Shown: positions 62,715 to 64,000 of the stretch, piece after piece | How positions within the stretch are numbered: the first letter of the stretch is position 1 | Layout of the letters: the number at the start of each line of letters is the position of its first letter | DNA from: Takakia lepidozioides | Taxonomy: Eukaryota > Plantae > Bryophyta | Assembly: GCA_030704615.1 (NCBI GenBank) | Contig: CM060733.1 | Coordinates: forward strand, 73,284,001 to 73,348,000 | Direction: 5' to 3' | Length of the DNA: 64,000 nucleotides | The notes under the pieces: model-generated | What the model was told of the DNA's origin: nothing | Seen by the model: only the letters and a program-made list of their open reading frames with translations | The model's database searches: none | Position numbers and translations under genes: made by a program

Positions 62715-64000
62715 GAAAATGCGAATGCGGCGCCGCATTTCCGTTAAGTACCATCACGAAGCTACACATCCGTACTTGTTGGAAGAAAATGCGGCACCGC
62801 ATTTCCGTTCCACCTTCACATACCTTAGTTGTTGAACGGAAATACGGTGCCGCATTTCCGTCCCACAGCTCCATGTATGAGATTCAAAGGGAAATGCGGC
62901 GCCGCATTTCCGTTCCCACTTCACATACGTTAGTTGATGAATGGAAATGCCGTGCCACATTTCCGTTCGGGAAAGTATAGAGGTCTCACCTGGACAGAAA
63001 TGCGGTGCCGCATTTCCGGTCTGGAAAGTTTGAAGGTCTCACATGGATGGAAATGCGGCAACACATTTCCGTAGCACAGCTCCAGGCCCAATATACAAAA
63101 CGGAAATGCGGCGCCGCATTTCCGTTCGAGAATGTCGGAAGGTGCGACTCGACGGAAATGCGGTGCCGCATTTCTGTTCCCGTTGCGCACGATTTTCAGT
63201 CAGAATGGAAATGCGGTACCGCATTTCCGTTCTGTAGAGTATTAACGTCTGACGCTGGCGGAAATGCCTTCCCGCATTTTCGTTCCACAGCTCCATGCCT
63301 CACATACAAAACGGAAATGCGGCGCCGCATTTCCGTTTTGGAATGTCGGATGGTGGGACTCCGACGGAAATGCGGTACCGCATTTCAGTTCCGATGTTTC
63401 AGGATATTTCATCAGAACGGAAATGCGGTGCCGCATTTCCCTTTTGAATCTAATACATTCCGTTCTGGAATGTTGGGAGGTGCGACTCGGATGGAAATGC
63501 GTGCCGCATTTCAGTTCCGATGGTTCACGATTTTCAGTCAGAACGGAAATGCGGTACCGCATTTCCGTTCTGGAATGATGGTAGGTGCGACTCGGATGGA
63601 AATACGGTGCCGCATTTCAGTTCAGATGGTTCACGATTTTCAGTCAGAACGGAAATGCGGTGCCGCATTTCCGTTCTGGATAGTATGAATGTCTCAACGG
63701 TCGGAATTGCGCTGTATGAAGCTGTCGGAATCGCACTCGGCTCCATGCATCAGATACAAAATGGAAATGCGGCGCCGCATTTCCGTTCTGGAATGTCGAA
63801 AAGTGCGACTCGGACGGAAATGCGGTGCCGCATTTCTGTTCCCGTTGTTCATAATCTCAATCAGAACGGAAATACGCATTTCCGTTCTGGAGAGTATGAA
63901 TGTCTTTTAAGGACGGAAATGCTGCAGCATTTCTATCCCTCAGCTCCATGCATCAGATACAAAATGGAAATGCGGCGCCGCATTTCCGTTCTGAAATGTC
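62715..64000. repeat. 53-bp-period array of the 22-bp palindrome GGAAATGCGGCGCCGCATTTCC with ~31-bp variable spacers
   Basis: Cores at 62791, 62844, 62896, 62949, 63002, 63055, 63108, 63160, 63213, 63266, 63319, 63372, 63425, and onward to 63972. Confidence 0.95.

Larger units (their letters stand above)
53940..64000 (+). mobile_element. Second Mutator-like ParB-MTase transposon (element C), left part; extends beyond the window
   Basis: Starts GGGGGCTGCTATTTCATGAGC, identical to element B for 21 bp, and interrupts Gypsy D2. Same order as B: TIR, ParB-MTase(-), palindrome array. Confidence 0.85.

Noticed and set aside
62715-64000. CRISPR array
   Set aside because: Spacers recur in about four related classes (a higher-order tandem repeat), the repeats are degenerate, no cas genes are present, and the context is eukaryotic.

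Overview
Eukaryotic, transposon-only window. PLS-type PPR fragments and GT-AG introns point to a seed-free land plant such as a fern or lycophyte (inference). No intact host gene, RNA gene or CRISPR was found. Main result: a family of large Mutator-like (MULE) DNA transposons. One copy is complete (11969-24590, 12.6 kb, short CATGAGC-rich TIRs, 9-bp TSD CATCAAGTC). It carries a GCM/DDE/SWIM transposase and, divergently, an intron-containing gene that fuses a ParB/Srx-like domain to a bacterial-type beta-class (N4C/N6A) DNA methyltransferase. Arrays of CGGCGCCG-centred palindromes lie between and around these genes. A second, diverged member starts at 53940 and runs off the window; more MTase and SWIM fragments lie at 1-5.8 kb, 10.6-11.4 kb and 42.2-42.6 kb. 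Both MULEs with mapped ends are nested in Ty3/Gypsy elements. Two Gypsy copies encode a DNMT3/DRM-like C5 methyltransferase upstream of RT, and one of them also has a C-terminal PHD finger. Also present: CACTA fragments, a 0.94-kb TIR element with a 4-bp TSD, a RING fragment, and a 6.9-kb near-perfect inverted duplication (24786-31679) that may be an assembly artefact. Most ORFs have frameshifts or stops (decay and/or long-read indels). All protein assignments come from motif recognition by eye, not database searches.
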